Shown: positions 45,908 to 55,071, counted from the first letter of the stretch. The stretch: DNA of 55,184 nucleotides from Candidatus Buchananbacteria bacterium (GCA_016930315.1 JAFGGX010000024.1:1-55184); one strand, 5' to 3'. Program-made: numbers and translations. Notes: generated from the letters alone by a model not told the origin.

Positions 45908-46425
45908 TATAAAAAAGACTGAGCGTGCCGCAATAACGCCGGTAACAACGGCGCTAAAACCGCTCCCATTTGCATCAACCAAAATGCTACCTTTGAACCA
46001 ATGATTACTCCGCTAAACCAATCCGAAAAAGGAATCTGCAAAATAAAATATAAACTTAAACCTAAAACTAACGTTCCTTCAACAAATCCAAATAGCGCAC
46101 CCAAAACGCGGTTAATCGTTTTAGTAAAAGGAATAATTGAAATTAAATTAAAAATTTTACCAATAATCCAAAAAGCTAGGCCAGTTAAGCGATTAACTAA
46201 AACAAAAATTAAAATAAAAGCTACCACCTTGGCTGTGTTGGCATGACCAAACATCAATGGCGTTAACCAGTCAGCAAAAGGCAAATAATATAACCCCGCC
46301 AACCAAGTGCCTAAAACTGCGCCAATCAACGCCCCTAAAGCTTGGATCAAGCCCAAGGCAAAGCCAAAAGCAATAAACAAAAACAAAAGCAGAATTAAAA
46401 CCAGGTCGAAAATCGTTAAATACAT
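45907..46425 (-). CDS. cvpA: CvpA family membrane protein
   Basis: 172 aa with 4-5 TM segments. N-terminus IFDLVLILLLFLFIAFGFALGLI is typical of CvpA. Confidence 0.65.
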   Translation of the reverse strand: MYLTIFDLVLILLLFLFIAFGFALGLIQALGALIGAVLGTWLAGLYYLPFADWLTPLMFGHANTAKVVAFILIFVLVNRLTGLAFWIIGKIFNLISIIPFTKTINRVLGALFGFVEGTLVLGLSLYFILQIPFSDWFSGVIIGSKVAFWLMQMGAVLAPLLPALLRHAQSFL

Positions 46426-46440
46426 AAAATGCCTCCTTTA

Positions 46441-47895
46441 TTATTTGAGCCTTGGGAATAGGGCTTCTACTTTTTTAATTTTTTTAGCTTCAAAAATTTT
46501 CTGAATCTTTTCGGCTGTTTCCGGCAAATAAGGTATCAGCATTTCACCAACCAACAAGATATCAGCGACGGCGTTAGTCAAAACTTCGCTGAGCCGATCG
46601 GCTTGGCCATTTTTAGCCAGCTCCCACGGCTTATTTTCTGAAATATCACCATCAACTTTACTAATCAGCGACCAAATAAATTTTAACTGCTCATCAAACC
46701 TAAATTCATCAATCTGATTAAATTCTTTTTTAATATTAACCTGAGTGTCTTTCTTAGCTTGACTAACTTTTTTCCAGTCGATTTTTAAGTCATTTTGTTC
46801 AATTAAACCGCTGACCCGACTGACTAAATTACCCAAACCGTTGGCCAAGTCGGCGTTATAGGCTTCAACAAATTTCTGATCGCTAAAATCACCATCTCGG
46901 AAAGGATTAATGTGCCGCAATAAATAATAACGAGTCGCTTCGGCCCCATATTTTTCAATCACTAAAAACGGATCAACCACATTACCTAATGATTTAGACA
47001 TCTTTGTTCCATCAACGTTGATATATTCGTGGACAAAAAGCGTTTTTGGCAACGACAAATTGGCTGACATCAACATTGCCGGCCAATAAATTGCATGAAA
47101 ACGAATAATACCTTTACCAATGGCGTGAACATCCGCTGGCCAATACTTTTTAAATCTTCTGCCTTCAGAATCATAATCCAAACCAGTAATATAGTTACTC
47201 AAAGCATCATACCAAACATACATCACTTGTGATTCATCGCCAGGCACTGGCACACCCCAATTTCTGGCTCGAGCTTGTGAGCGAGAAATTGAAAAATCTT
47301 CCAAACCGCTACGGATAAAACTCAACACCTCGTTTTTGCGAGTTTCCGGTACAATTTTATACTCATCGCTGCTGATTAACTTTTCTAATCTGTCTTGATA
47401 ATTTGAAAGCTTAAAAAAATAATTTTCTTCTTCAACCACTTCCGGTTCTTTTAAATGTTCCGGACATTTACCATCAACCAATTCTTTTTCGGTATAAAAC
47501 TGCTCACAACCAACGCAATAAAGGCCTTTGTAGCTTTTTTTATAAATATCATCTTGATTGCTGGCTGACCAAAGTTTTTGCGAACCGACAAAATGTTTTT
47601 TAGAAGTGGTGCGGATAAAGTCTTCATTAGAAATATTTAAGGCTTTGGTTAAATCGACAAACCGCTGACTGTTTTGATCGACAAATTTTCTGGTTTCAAT
47701 CCCGGCTTTTTCAGCCGCTTGAACATTTTTTAAACTATTCTCATCAACGCCGGTTAAGAAAAAAACATCATCGCCCAACTGACGATGAATCCTGGCTAAG
47801 GCATCGGCCTGAACCAATTCTAAAGCAAAGCCAATGTGTGGATTAGCATTAACATAAGGAATAGCGGTTGTAATATAAAATTTTTTCATTGACAT
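46441..47895 (-). CDS. metG: methionine-tRNA ligase (short form)
   Basis: 484 aa. PYVNANPHIGF (HIGH motif) and KMSKS. Confidence 0.95.
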   Translation of the reverse strand: MSMKKFYITTAIPYVNANPHIGFALELVQADALARIHRQLGDDVFFLTGVDENSLKNVQAAEKAGIETRKFVDQNSQRFVDLTKALNISNEDFIRTTSKKHFVGSQKLWSASNQDDIYKKSYKGLYCVGCEQFYTEKELVDGKCPEHLKEPEVVEEENYFFKLSNYQDRLEKLISSDEYKIVPETRKNEVLSFIRSGLEDFSISRSQARARNWGVPVPGDESQVMYVWYDALSNYITGLDYDSEGRRFKKYWPADVHAIGKGIIRFHAIYWPAMLMSANLSLPKTLFVHEYINVDGTKMSKSLGNVVDPFLVIEKYGAEATRYYLLRHINPFRDGDFSDQKFVEAYNADLANGLGNLVSRVSGLIEQNDLKIDWKKVSQAKKDTQVNIKKEFNQIDEFRFDEQLKFIWSLISKVDGDISENKPWELAKNGQADRLSEVLTNAVADILLVGEMLIPYLPETAEKIQKIFEAKKIKKVEALFPRLK

Positions 47896-47953
47896 AATAT
47901 ATTTTTCGTGATAATTTGGTGATAAATCTTATTCTGAAAGGGGGCTAGCGATT

Positions 47954-48211
47954 GTGAGCAGAGCAACTGAAGACCGTTTAGTAGTAGTTGTAGGAGAACG
48001 AAGTATAACAGATTGTATTAAACGGCTAAACCGACTCAGCAAAGATGCCGGCATTCTAGGTGGCAAAAGAACAAAGGGGCCACGCCATCAGACCAGAAGT
48101 CAAAAACGCCGGAATAAAGACTACAGAGCCAGAAAACGCGTGGAACTTCGTAAACGAAAAACAAATCAGGCCAAAAACAGAAGAGATAAAGGAGGGAAAA
48201 CATCTCCTTGA
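47954..48211 (+). CDS. rpsU: 30S ribosomal protein bS21-like
   Basis: 85 aa with a GTG start. GAAAGGGGG lies 9 nt upstream. ITDCIKRLNRLSKDAGIL...RHQTRSQKRRNK aligns with the bS21 core FDVALRRFKRSCEKAGVL...EKPTTERKRAKA. Confidence 0.65.
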   Translation: MSRATEDRLVVVVGERSITDCIKRLNRLSKDAGILGGKRTKGPRHQTRSQKRRNKDYRARKRVELRKRKTNQAKNRRDKGGKTSP

Positions 48212-48249
48212 TGACGGGTAAAACAACCTACAAACGTCAGCAAGGTTTC

Positions 48250-48285
48250 GCAGGAACCGGTTACGGTTCCTGCTTTCCTTTTATC
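48250..48285 (+). terminator. strong hairpin terminator (bidirectional, shared with rsmI)
   Basis: gcaggaaccg-gtta-cggttcctgc followed by tttccttttat. Confidence 0.7.
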
Positions 48286-48952
48286 TGCCAGACACAACCA
48301 CAACGAATTCACCCTTGATTGGCTTAAGATTAAAATATTCAAAGACCTCATCAATTGTACCGCGCACCACTTCTTCATAAATTTTAGTTAACTCTCGACA
48401 AACAATTATTTGACGGCCGGGATCACTAATTACATCTTTCAACTGTTCTAAGGCTTTTAAAATTCGGTGTGGTGATTCATAAAACACACTAGTCATTTTA
48501 TTTTCAGCAATTTGGCCGATAATGGTCTGACGGCCTTTTTTGTGCGGCAAAAAACCATAAAAAATAAAGTTGTCAGTCGGCACCCCAGCAACAGACAAGG
48601 CGCTGACCACTGCTGACGGACCAGGGATTGGAACAACTTTAATTTCTGCTTGAGCGGCCGCGGCTACCAACTGGTTGCCTGGATCAGAAATTCCTGGCGT
48701 ACCGGCGTCAGAAACTAAAGCCACATTTTTTTCATTTTTGAGCTGATCAACAATATGCTGAATTTTAATCAAATCACTGTGCTGATGATAACTCAAAACC
48801 GGTTTATTGATCTGATAACGATCAAGCAACCTTTTGGTCACCCGTGTATCTTCGCAAACGATCAAATCAACTGACTTTAGCGTTTCTAATGCCCGCAAGG
48901 TGATGTCTTCTAAATTGCCAATCGGGGTAGCTACAACGTATAGAATTGCCAT
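48281..48952 (-). CDS. rsmI: 16S rRNA (cytidine1402-2'-O)-methyltransferase
   Basis: 223 aa. LYVVATPIGNLEDITLRALETL...CEDTR. Confidence 0.93.
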   Translation of the reverse strand: MAILYVVATPIGNLEDITLRALETLKSVDLIVCEDTRVTKRLLDRYQINKPVLSYHQHSDLIKIQHIVDQLKNEKNVALVSDAGTPGISDPGNQLVAAAAQAEIKVVPIPGPSAVVSALSVAGVPTDNFIFYGFLPHKKGRQTIIGQIAENKMTSVFYESPHRILKALEQLKDVISDPGRQIIVCRELTKIYEEVVRGTIDEVFEYFNLKPIKGEFVVVVSGR

Positions 48953-48994
48953 ATGAAGCTATTTTACCATCAAAAATGCTAATTTTCAAGGTCT

Positions 48995-49190
48995 CAAGGA
49001 TAAATCCCATTAATCGGCCAGGCGTGGAAGCCTGGCCTCTCCAGCAGTGTACCAACGCGTAGGCGAGGAATTTATCCTCGCCGTAAAATATTATCGCGGA
49101 ATCCAGTAGCCGCAGAACAATGTTCTGCAGCTACTGGATAATATTTTATTTTTTTTGCGTAGCCGACCCTTTATGGGTCGGAGACAAGTA
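48995..49190. repeat. cluster of nested GC-rich hairpins
   Basis: ccaggc-gtggaa-gcctgg; ggcgagga-attta-tcctcgcc; tccagtagccgcagaaca-a-tgttctgcagctactgga (18-bp arms with one mismatch, or 9-bp perfect arms gcagaacaa/tgttctgc(a) centred at 49114); gccgaccc-ttta-tgggtcgg. Confidence 0.6.
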
Positions 49191-49210
49191 GAGAAGGCAC
49201 TCAAAAATTA

Positions 49211-50788
49211 CTAAAAACTTTTTCGTCGTAAAAGCCGATTGTAGGTGATGGCGAAACGATGCGCTTCATCTCTGATTTTTTGGACTAATTTCAAAGCATC
49301 AGATTTACGGTCTAATTTGATTGATTCGGAATTACCAGGCCGGTAAATTTCTTCTTGTTTTTTAGCCAAAGCCGCAATCGGAATAGTTAAACCTAATGAT
49401 CGTAAGGCCGCCAGCCCAGCACTCATCTGCGGTTTGCCGCCATCAATTAAAATTAAATCTGGCAAATCAGCTTTATCAATTTTCAATCGGTAATACCGCC
49501 GATAAATAATTTCGCGCATGGCATCAAAATCAGATTGGCCCGTCTGCCATTTAATTTTAAACCGCCGATAATTATTTTTGTCTGGCAAACCATCTTTAAA
49601 GCAAACCATCGAACCAACAATAAAACTGTCACCCAAATTAGAAACATCAAAACATTCAATCACCGTCGGCAGCTTTGGTAAACTCAAACTCTCCTGCAAT
49701 TCAAACAAAGCACTGTCGCCTCTTTTCAAACTAACTAAAATATTTTTTTTGACTAATTCTAAAAGCTGCAAATTGGTCCCGCGCTTAGCCATTTTAATCC
49801 GGACTTTTCTGCCAGCCAAGCGAGTTAAATAACTTTCAATTGTAGTTTTTTCCGGCAACTCAACAGGCGCCACCACTTCTTGCGGTAATTCATGACTGTA
49901 ATAATATTGTTTAACAAAACCGGCTAATAATTCCGGCAAATCTTGTTTGATTGATATGGCAAAAGAAAACTGTTTCCGACCAGAAACCACGCCTTTGTTG
50001 ATATTAAACAACTGAACAATAAATTTATTCGCGGTGATTATGCCATTAATTACATCTTGATCGTAATTTTTTTTGAGGTGAATCTTTTGTTCCGATTGTA
50101 AATTAACCAACGCTTTAATTTGATCGCGTCGTAATTTTGCTAGTTCATATTTTTCTTGACTAGAAAACTGGTCCATTTCTTTTTTTAAATCAACAATTAA
50201 CTTCTCGACCTTTCCTTGCAATAGCATCCGCGCCCGATCTAAGTCTTTTTTATATTCTTCCAAACTAATAATCCGCGTCCAGGGAGGAACCGAACACTTA
50301 ATTTTATATTTACCGGCAACGGCCTGAGGTTTAGTTTTGCCCACTCGCAACTTAAACAAAGTATTAGCCAGTCTGATTAAATTTCTTCTAGCTGTACCCC
50401 AAACATAAGGGCCATAAACTTCGTCTTTGTTTTTAAAAATTCGTACCGTTTCTAATCGCGGAAATAGTTCATTAGTAACTTTAATGTAAGCGTAACGCAC
50501 TCCACCTTTTAGCTCCAGATTATATTGTGGCTGCTGATCCTTAATTAGTCGCGCTTCTAAAAGTAAAGCTTCAACTTCCGAATCAGTGACAATGTAATCT
50601 AGGTTTTTAATTTTACTAACCAGCTGCTTGGTCTTGGGATCAACAATATTTTTATTGAAATATGAGCTGACTCGTTTTTTTAAATCTTTTGCTTTGCCAA
50701 TATAAATAATCTCATCGGCTCTATTTTTGAATAAATAGCAACCAGGGTGATTGGGTAAATTTCTTATTTTTTCTTTGACTATTGACAT
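49211..50788 (-). CDS. uvrC: excinuclease ABC subunit C
   Basis: Start set at the ATG at 50788 (MSIVKEKIRNLP...) rather than the TTG at 50797. GIY-YIG N-terminus (GCYLFKN...IIYIGKAKDLKKR) and a C-terminal endonuclease domain. Confidence 0.93.
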   Translation of the reverse strand: MSIVKEKIRNLPNHPGCYLFKNRADEIIYIGKAKDLKKRVSSYFNKNIVDPKTKQLVSKIKNLDYIVTDSEVEALLLEARLIKDQQPQYNLELKGGVRYAYIKVTNELFPRLETVRIFKNKDEVYGPYVWGTARRNLIRLANTLFKLRVGKTKPQAVAGKYKIKCSVPPWTRIISLEEYKKDLDRARMLLQGKVEKLIVDLKKEMDQFSSQEKYELAKLRRDQIKALVNLQSEQKIHLKKNYDQDVINGIITANKFIVQLFNINKGVVSGRKQFSFAISIKQDLPELLAGFVKQYYYSHELPQEVVAPVELPEKTTIESYLTRLAGRKVRIKMAKRGTNLQLLELVKKNILVSLKRGDSALFELQESLSLPKLPTVIECFDVSNLGDSFIVGSMVCFKDGLPDKNNYRRFKIKWQTGQSDFDAMREIIYRRYYRLKIDKADLPDLILIDGGKPQMSAGLAALRSLGLTIPIAALAKKQEEIYRPGNSESIKLDRKSDALKLVQKIRDEAHRFAITYNRLLRRKSF

Positions 50789-50815
50789 TTTAAACAAAAT
50801 ATAATATAAAATATA
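50778..50815 (+). repeat. 38-bp perfect direct repeat, copy 1 (uvrC start codon plus + strand promoter)
   Basis: actattgacattttaaacaaaatataatataaaatata. The + strand reads TTGACA (50782-50787)-N17-TATAAA. Confidence 0.9.
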
Positions 50816-50836
50816 TAATATTCCACTTCCACAAGG

Positions 50837-51028
50837 ATGGCAAAGATGGATAAACCGCTCTTTTTACCGTACGACGCATCAGGCACAACATACCAAGATG
50901 CCAACTATGAATTCTGCACCGACTGTAGCAGTTCGATTCACGAAAACCCGCAAACTAAATCACATACTTGCTGCCTTAATCTATCTTTTCGACCAGATCA
51001 CAGACCGATGAGAAATCACGACCTTTAA
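50837..51028 (+). CDS. GC-rich orphan mini-protein (63 aa; alternative start 50846)
   Basis: AAGGA is correctly spaced for the second ATG at 50846. Contains CTDC...HTCC. Promoter and terminator flank it. Confidence 0.5.
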   Translation: MAKMDKPLFLPYDASGTTYQDANYEFCTDCSSSIHENPQTKSHTCCLNLSFRPDHRPMRNHDL

Positions 51029-51060
51029 TTTCGTCTGCCTGGTGGCAACGAATCCAATAC

Positions 51061-51111
51061 GGCTCGAAAATTCTAACCCCTGAATATGATTTTCGAGCCG
51101 GTTTTATTTTT
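51061..51111 (+). terminator. intrinsic terminator
   Basis: ggctcgaaaat (51061-51071) pairs with attttcgagcc (51089-51099), followed by ggttttattttt. Confidence 0.7.
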
Positions 51112-51173
51112 GTAAAACTTCGCTCAAATACCTAACAGCACAAGAGCGTTTACTACACTTAGTAATTTTACAA

Positions 51174-51211
51174 ACTATTGACATTTTAAACAAAATATAA
51201 TATAAAATATA
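51174..51211 (+). repeat. 38-bp perfect direct repeat, copy 2 (promoter of the next cassette)
   Basis: Identical to 50778-50815. TTGACA at 51178-51183. Confidence 0.9.
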
Positions 51212-51238
51212 CAACCAATCCACTGGAGGTACATACGC

Positions 51239-51472
51239 ATGGGAACTAAAGACGGTCTTCCATCCTATGGCGACGATAAAAACGAAGGGCTATTACGCAT
51301 GGGAACTAAAGAGTCTTATCCATCTTGTAAACCCAAGCCGTCGAAAGAAAGTCCCGTTGAAAGGCGCCCATACCCCGAAGATAAGAGCAATGGAATGTGC
51401 TCAGGATGCGGAGCATTTCTCGATAATGAAGGTTTCTGTCACTTCTGTAACCCAAATGGCTGGCTTCGCTAA
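51239..51472 (+). CDS. GC-rich orphan mini-protein with a C-terminal zinc-ribbon-like CxxC...CxxC
   Basis: 77 aa. GGAGG lies 9 nt upstream. CSGCGAFLDNEGFCHFC. The N-terminus has an internal 60-nt duplication that includes the start codon. Confidence 0.55.
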   Translation: MGTKDGLPSYGDDKNEGLLRMGTKESYPSCKPKPSKESPVERRPYPEDKSNGMCSGCGAFLDNEGFCHFCNPNGWLR

Positions 51473-51523
51473 TTGGCAAATTTCCGCCGACCCACATTCT
51501 TCTTGGTGACAAGCGGAACCCCA

Positions 51524-51566
51524 GAGCCCTCGCGCGACCCTGATTCGCGCTTGGGCTCCTTTTTTA
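51524..51566 (+). terminator. intrinsic terminator abutting the uvrA stop
   Basis: gagccc...cgcgcga-ccctgat-tcgcgc...gggctc followed by cttttttat. Confidence 0.65.
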
Positions 51567-54437
51567 TTTCTTTAAAACTACACTCAAGTACTTACCAGTA
51601 TAAGACCACTTGGCACATTTAGCAATTTTTTCCGGCGTACCTTCGGCTACCACTCGCCCACCTTTGTCCCCGCCCTCTAGGCCTAAATCAACAATCCAAT
51701 CGGCAGATTTAATCACATCTAAATTGTGTTCAATTACCAAAACCGAATTACCTTTATCAACCAACCGATTAAAAACTTCCACTAATCTGCTGACATCGTC
51801 AAAATGCAATCCCGTTGTCGGCTCATCCAAAATATATAGCGCATTGCCGGCCTTACGCGACAACTCGGAAGTCAGCTTAATTCGCTGAGCTTCACCACCC
51901 GACAAAGTAGTGGCGCTTTGACCCAACTGAATGTAATCCAAACCGACATCAAAAAGAGTTTGCATCTTATGAGCGATGGCTGGGACATTTTTGAAAAATT
52001 CTAGCGCTTCTTCCACGGTCATTTTCAATACATCGGCAATCGTTCTATTTTTGTATTTAATACTTAAAGTTTCTTCGTTGTATCTGGTTCCTTTGCAACG
52101 CTGACATTCAATATAAACATCGGGCAAAAAATTCATCTCAATTTTTTTCACCCCATCGCCTTCGCATTCTTCGCACCGGCCGCCGCTGACATTAAAACTA
52201 AACCGACCCGGCTTATAACCACGCGCCCGGGCTTCTTTAGTGGACGAAAACAACTCCCGAATCTGAGTAAACACTCCAATGTAAGTGGCCGGATTTGACC
52301 GCGGTGTTCTGCCAATCGGCGACTGATCAACCATAATTACTTTTTCTAGCTTGCCATAACCTTTAATATTTTTGTGCTGACCTGGCCGCTCGCTGGTAGC
52401 ATAAAAAATCTTGTGCAAGGCCCGATACAAAATGTCATCGATTAAAGTCGACTTGCCCGAACCAGAAACACCGGTCACACAAGTTAAAACTTTCAATGGA
52501 ATTTTAACATCAATATTTTTTAAGTTATGTTGCTCAGCGCCAAAAATTTCCAGCCAATCAAAAATTCGCCGTCGATTTTCCGGAATAGCAATCTTTTTTT
52601 TGCCCGAAATATACTGACTGGTCAAAGAATTTTTGGCGCTGGCTAACTGCTTTGGCGTACCAGCAAAAATCAATTCCCCACCGTGCCGGCCAGCCCCAGG
52701 TCCTAAATCAACCACATGATCAGCTTCTAAAATAGTTTCTTCGTCGTGCTCAACCACTACCACAGTATTACCTAAATCACGCAATTGCTTTAAAGTGGCA
52801 ATCAATTTCTGGTTATCTCTTTGATGCAACCCAATTGACGGCTCATCTAAAATATACAACACGCCGCGCAATTCTGAACCAATTTGAGTAGCCAAGCGAA
52901 TCCGCTGAGCTTCCCCACCCGACAAACTACCGGCCGGACGATTTAAAGTTAAATAATCAAGCCCAACATTAATCAAAAAATTCAACCGATTGGTAATTTC
53001 TTTTAAAATTAAATTGGCAATTGCCAACTGTTCTGTATTCAACTTTAAGCTCTTAAAAAAAGCCACCAACTGTTCAATAGACATTTCGGCCACTTCCCAA
53101 ATATTATAACCATTATCAACTTCTTTTTTAGTTTTAATCTTTTTATTTCCCAATGTCACCGCTAAAATTTCTGGTCGAAATCTTTTGCCTTGGCAGGCCG
53201 GACATGGGCCCATGCGCATAAATTTGGCAATTTCATTTCGTCGATATTCGGATTCAGTTTGTTTATAAAGCCGATCCAGTTGTGGAATTACTCCTTCAAA
53301 TGTGCCCACATATTGATAGCTGCTGTTGCCACTACGACTGCCAATTTCAAACTTCATCTGCTTGTCGCTGCCAAACAAAATTATGTCTTTAATATTCCGC
53401 GGTAAATCATTCCAAGCTAAATTTAAATCAAACTTATAATGCTGGGCCAATGATTCCAAATGCTGATAGCGCCAACCTTCTCCATAGCTACGCCAAGGCT
53501 TGACTGCACCCTGAGCCACCGACAAACTTTTATCCGGCACAATTAAATCTTCATCAAATTCTTGCGAAAACCCCAAACCATGACAAGCCTCACAAGCGCC
53601 AAACGGCGAATTAAACGAAAACATCCGCGGCTGCAGTTCACCAATTGAAATATCGCAATCAGTACAGGCGTTGGCTTGGGAAAACATTTTTTCTTTTTCA
53701 TCAATCAAAACCAAAACCAACCCGTCAGCCAAATTGACGGCCGTTTCAACTGCTTCGTTTAGTCTGGATTTATTTTTAGTTTCCACTGGCAAGCGATCAA
53801 TAATAATTTCCAAATTATGCTTAATCTGCTTGTTAAGTTTAATTGTTTGCCAATCAGCCAATTGATAAACCTGACCATCAACTCGAACCCGAGCATAACC
53901 TTGATTGTGCCAATCTTTCAATAATTGTTCATAAGTGCCTTTCTTGGCTCTGACTACCGGTGCTAAAATTTGTAACTTAGCGCCTTTTTTTAAACTCAAC
54001 AAATTTTTAACAATTGATTCAACCGACTGAAAACTAATCTTTTTACCGCAGTTCGGACAATGGGGCGTGCCAACCCGAGCGTAAAGCAAACGCAAATAAT
54101 CGGCAATTTCGGTAATGGTGCCAACCGTTGACCGCGGATTTTTGGAAACCGATTTTTGTTCAATCGAAATGGCCGGAGACAAACCGGAAATCGAATCAAC
54201 GTCAGGTTTGTTCATCAAACCCAAAAACTGCCGCGCATAGGCTGACAAACTTTCAACGTAGCGTCTTTGTCCTTCGGCATAAAGGGTATCGAACGCCAAA
54301 GTCGATTTACCCGACCCAGACAACCCGGTGATAACTGTTAACTTATCAATTGGAATATCGACATTGATATTTTTTAGGTTATGCTGTCGAGCGCCCTTAA
54401 TTTTAATATATTGTTTTTTATTATTTGCCATATCCAT
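51564..54437 (-). CDS. uvrA: excinuclease ABC subunit A
   Basis: 957 aa. Two ABC ATPase modules (GLSGSGKST, GVSGSGKST, LSGGEAQR twice) and zinc-finger Cys clusters. Confidence 0.97.
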   Translation of the reverse strand: MDMANNKKQYIKIKGARQHNLKNINVDIPIDKLTVITGLSGSGKSTLAFDTLYAEGQRRYVESLSAYARQFLGLMNKPDVDSISGLSPAISIEQKSVSKNPRSTVGTITEIADYLRLLYARVGTPHCPNCGKKISFQSVESIVKNLLSLKKGAKLQILAPVVRAKKGTYEQLLKDWHNQGYARVRVDGQVYQLADWQTIKLNKQIKHNLEIIIDRLPVETKNKSRLNEAVETAVNLADGLVLVLIDEKEKMFSQANACTDCDISIGELQPRMFSFNSPFGACEACHGLGFSQEFDEDLIVPDKSLSVAQGAVKPWRSYGEGWRYQHLESLAQHYKFDLNLAWNDLPRNIKDIILFGSDKQMKFEIGSRSGNSSYQYVGTFEGVIPQLDRLYKQTESEYRRNEIAKFMRMGPCPACQGKRFRPEILAVTLGNKKIKTKKEVDNGYNIWEVAEMSIEQLVAFFKSLKLNTEQLAIANLILKEITNRLNFLINVGLDYLTLNRPAGSLSGGEAQRIRLATQIGSELRGVLYILDEPSIGLHQRDNQKLIATLKQLRDLGNTVVVVEHDEETILEADHVVDLGPGAGRHGGELIFAGTPKQLASAKNSLTSQYISGKKKIAIPENRRRIFDWLEIFGAEQHNLKNIDVKIPLKVLTCVTGVSGSGKSTLIDDILYRALHKIFYATSERPGQHKNIKGYGKLEKVIMVDQSPIGRTPRSNPATYIGVFTQIRELFSSTKEARARGYKPGRFSFNVSGGRCEECEGDGVKKIEMNFLPDVYIECQRCKGTRYNEETLSIKYKNRTIADVLKMTVEEALEFFKNVPAIAHKMQTLFDVGLDYIQLGQSATTLSGGEAQRIKLTSELSRKAGNALYILDEPTTGLHFDDVSRLVEVFNRLVDKGNSVLVIEHNLDVIKSADWIVDLGLEGGDKGGRVVAEGTPEKIAKCAKWSYTGKYLSVVLKK

Positions 54438-54451
54438 ATTTTAGTTAATTT

Positions 54452-54480
54452 ATAATAGTACTCAATATGTTATTTATCAA
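54452..54480 (-). promoter_or_regulatory. promoter of uvrA (short, SD-less leader)
   Basis: Minus strand reads TTGATA-N17-TATTAT. The ATG lies 14 nt after the -10. Confidence 0.5.
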
Positions 54481-55032
54481 CAACTCCTTAAATTTTTAGC
54501 TTATTTCGGTGAGGCCATCTACGAAAACCGGATCAACCAGGGCTTGACCCAGGATCAGTTCGGTCACAAGTATGACATCTCCGGACCCGCGGTCTTCAAG
54601 TTCGAAAAAGGGTACGTGAAACCCTCGCTCGACTTGTGGCTCAAGATGTCCGCGGACTTCAAGATCCCGGAGAAAACCGCCGTCCTGATGTGGCTGAAGA
54701 CCCGCCTGCCCGAAAAGTACCAGAACCTGATCCAGATCAAGAACCCGCAAGCGGAGGCCGAGATCCCCGAAGCCGTCCGCCCCAGCCCCCGAGCCGTGGA
54801 CTACACCAAGTTCGAGGACCGCAAGGAGATGCGCAAGGTTGCCAACAACGACCGCAAACTCCCCAAAGGACTCCGCGAGTTCCTCAAGGACGACGAAATC
54901 TGGGTGATCTACAAGCCGACCGGTGCGGAAATCAACTTCCTCCGCGACGCCTTCGGCAAACTCGGCCAGGGCTCGATCGATGCCTTCCGCGAGGCCCTGC
55001 GGGCCATGCGAAGCTTCAAGACCGAAAAGTAG
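54467..55032 (+). CDS. GC-rich XRE-family HTH protein; the intact reading frame needs a -1 shift or a 1-nt indel at 54490-54497
   Basis: The HTH (FGEAIYENRINQGLTQDQFGHKYDISGPAVFKFEKGYVKPSLDLWLKMS) starts at about 54505 with no in-frame ATG/GTG/TTG upstream. The TTG at 54544 would delete helix 1. The ATG at 54467 is in the +1 frame and runs into A_AAT_TTT_TAG. Confidence 0.5.
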
Positions 55033-55071
55033 CCAGATCGGCTACCGCTACCAAAAAGGTGGCCCATCTTT

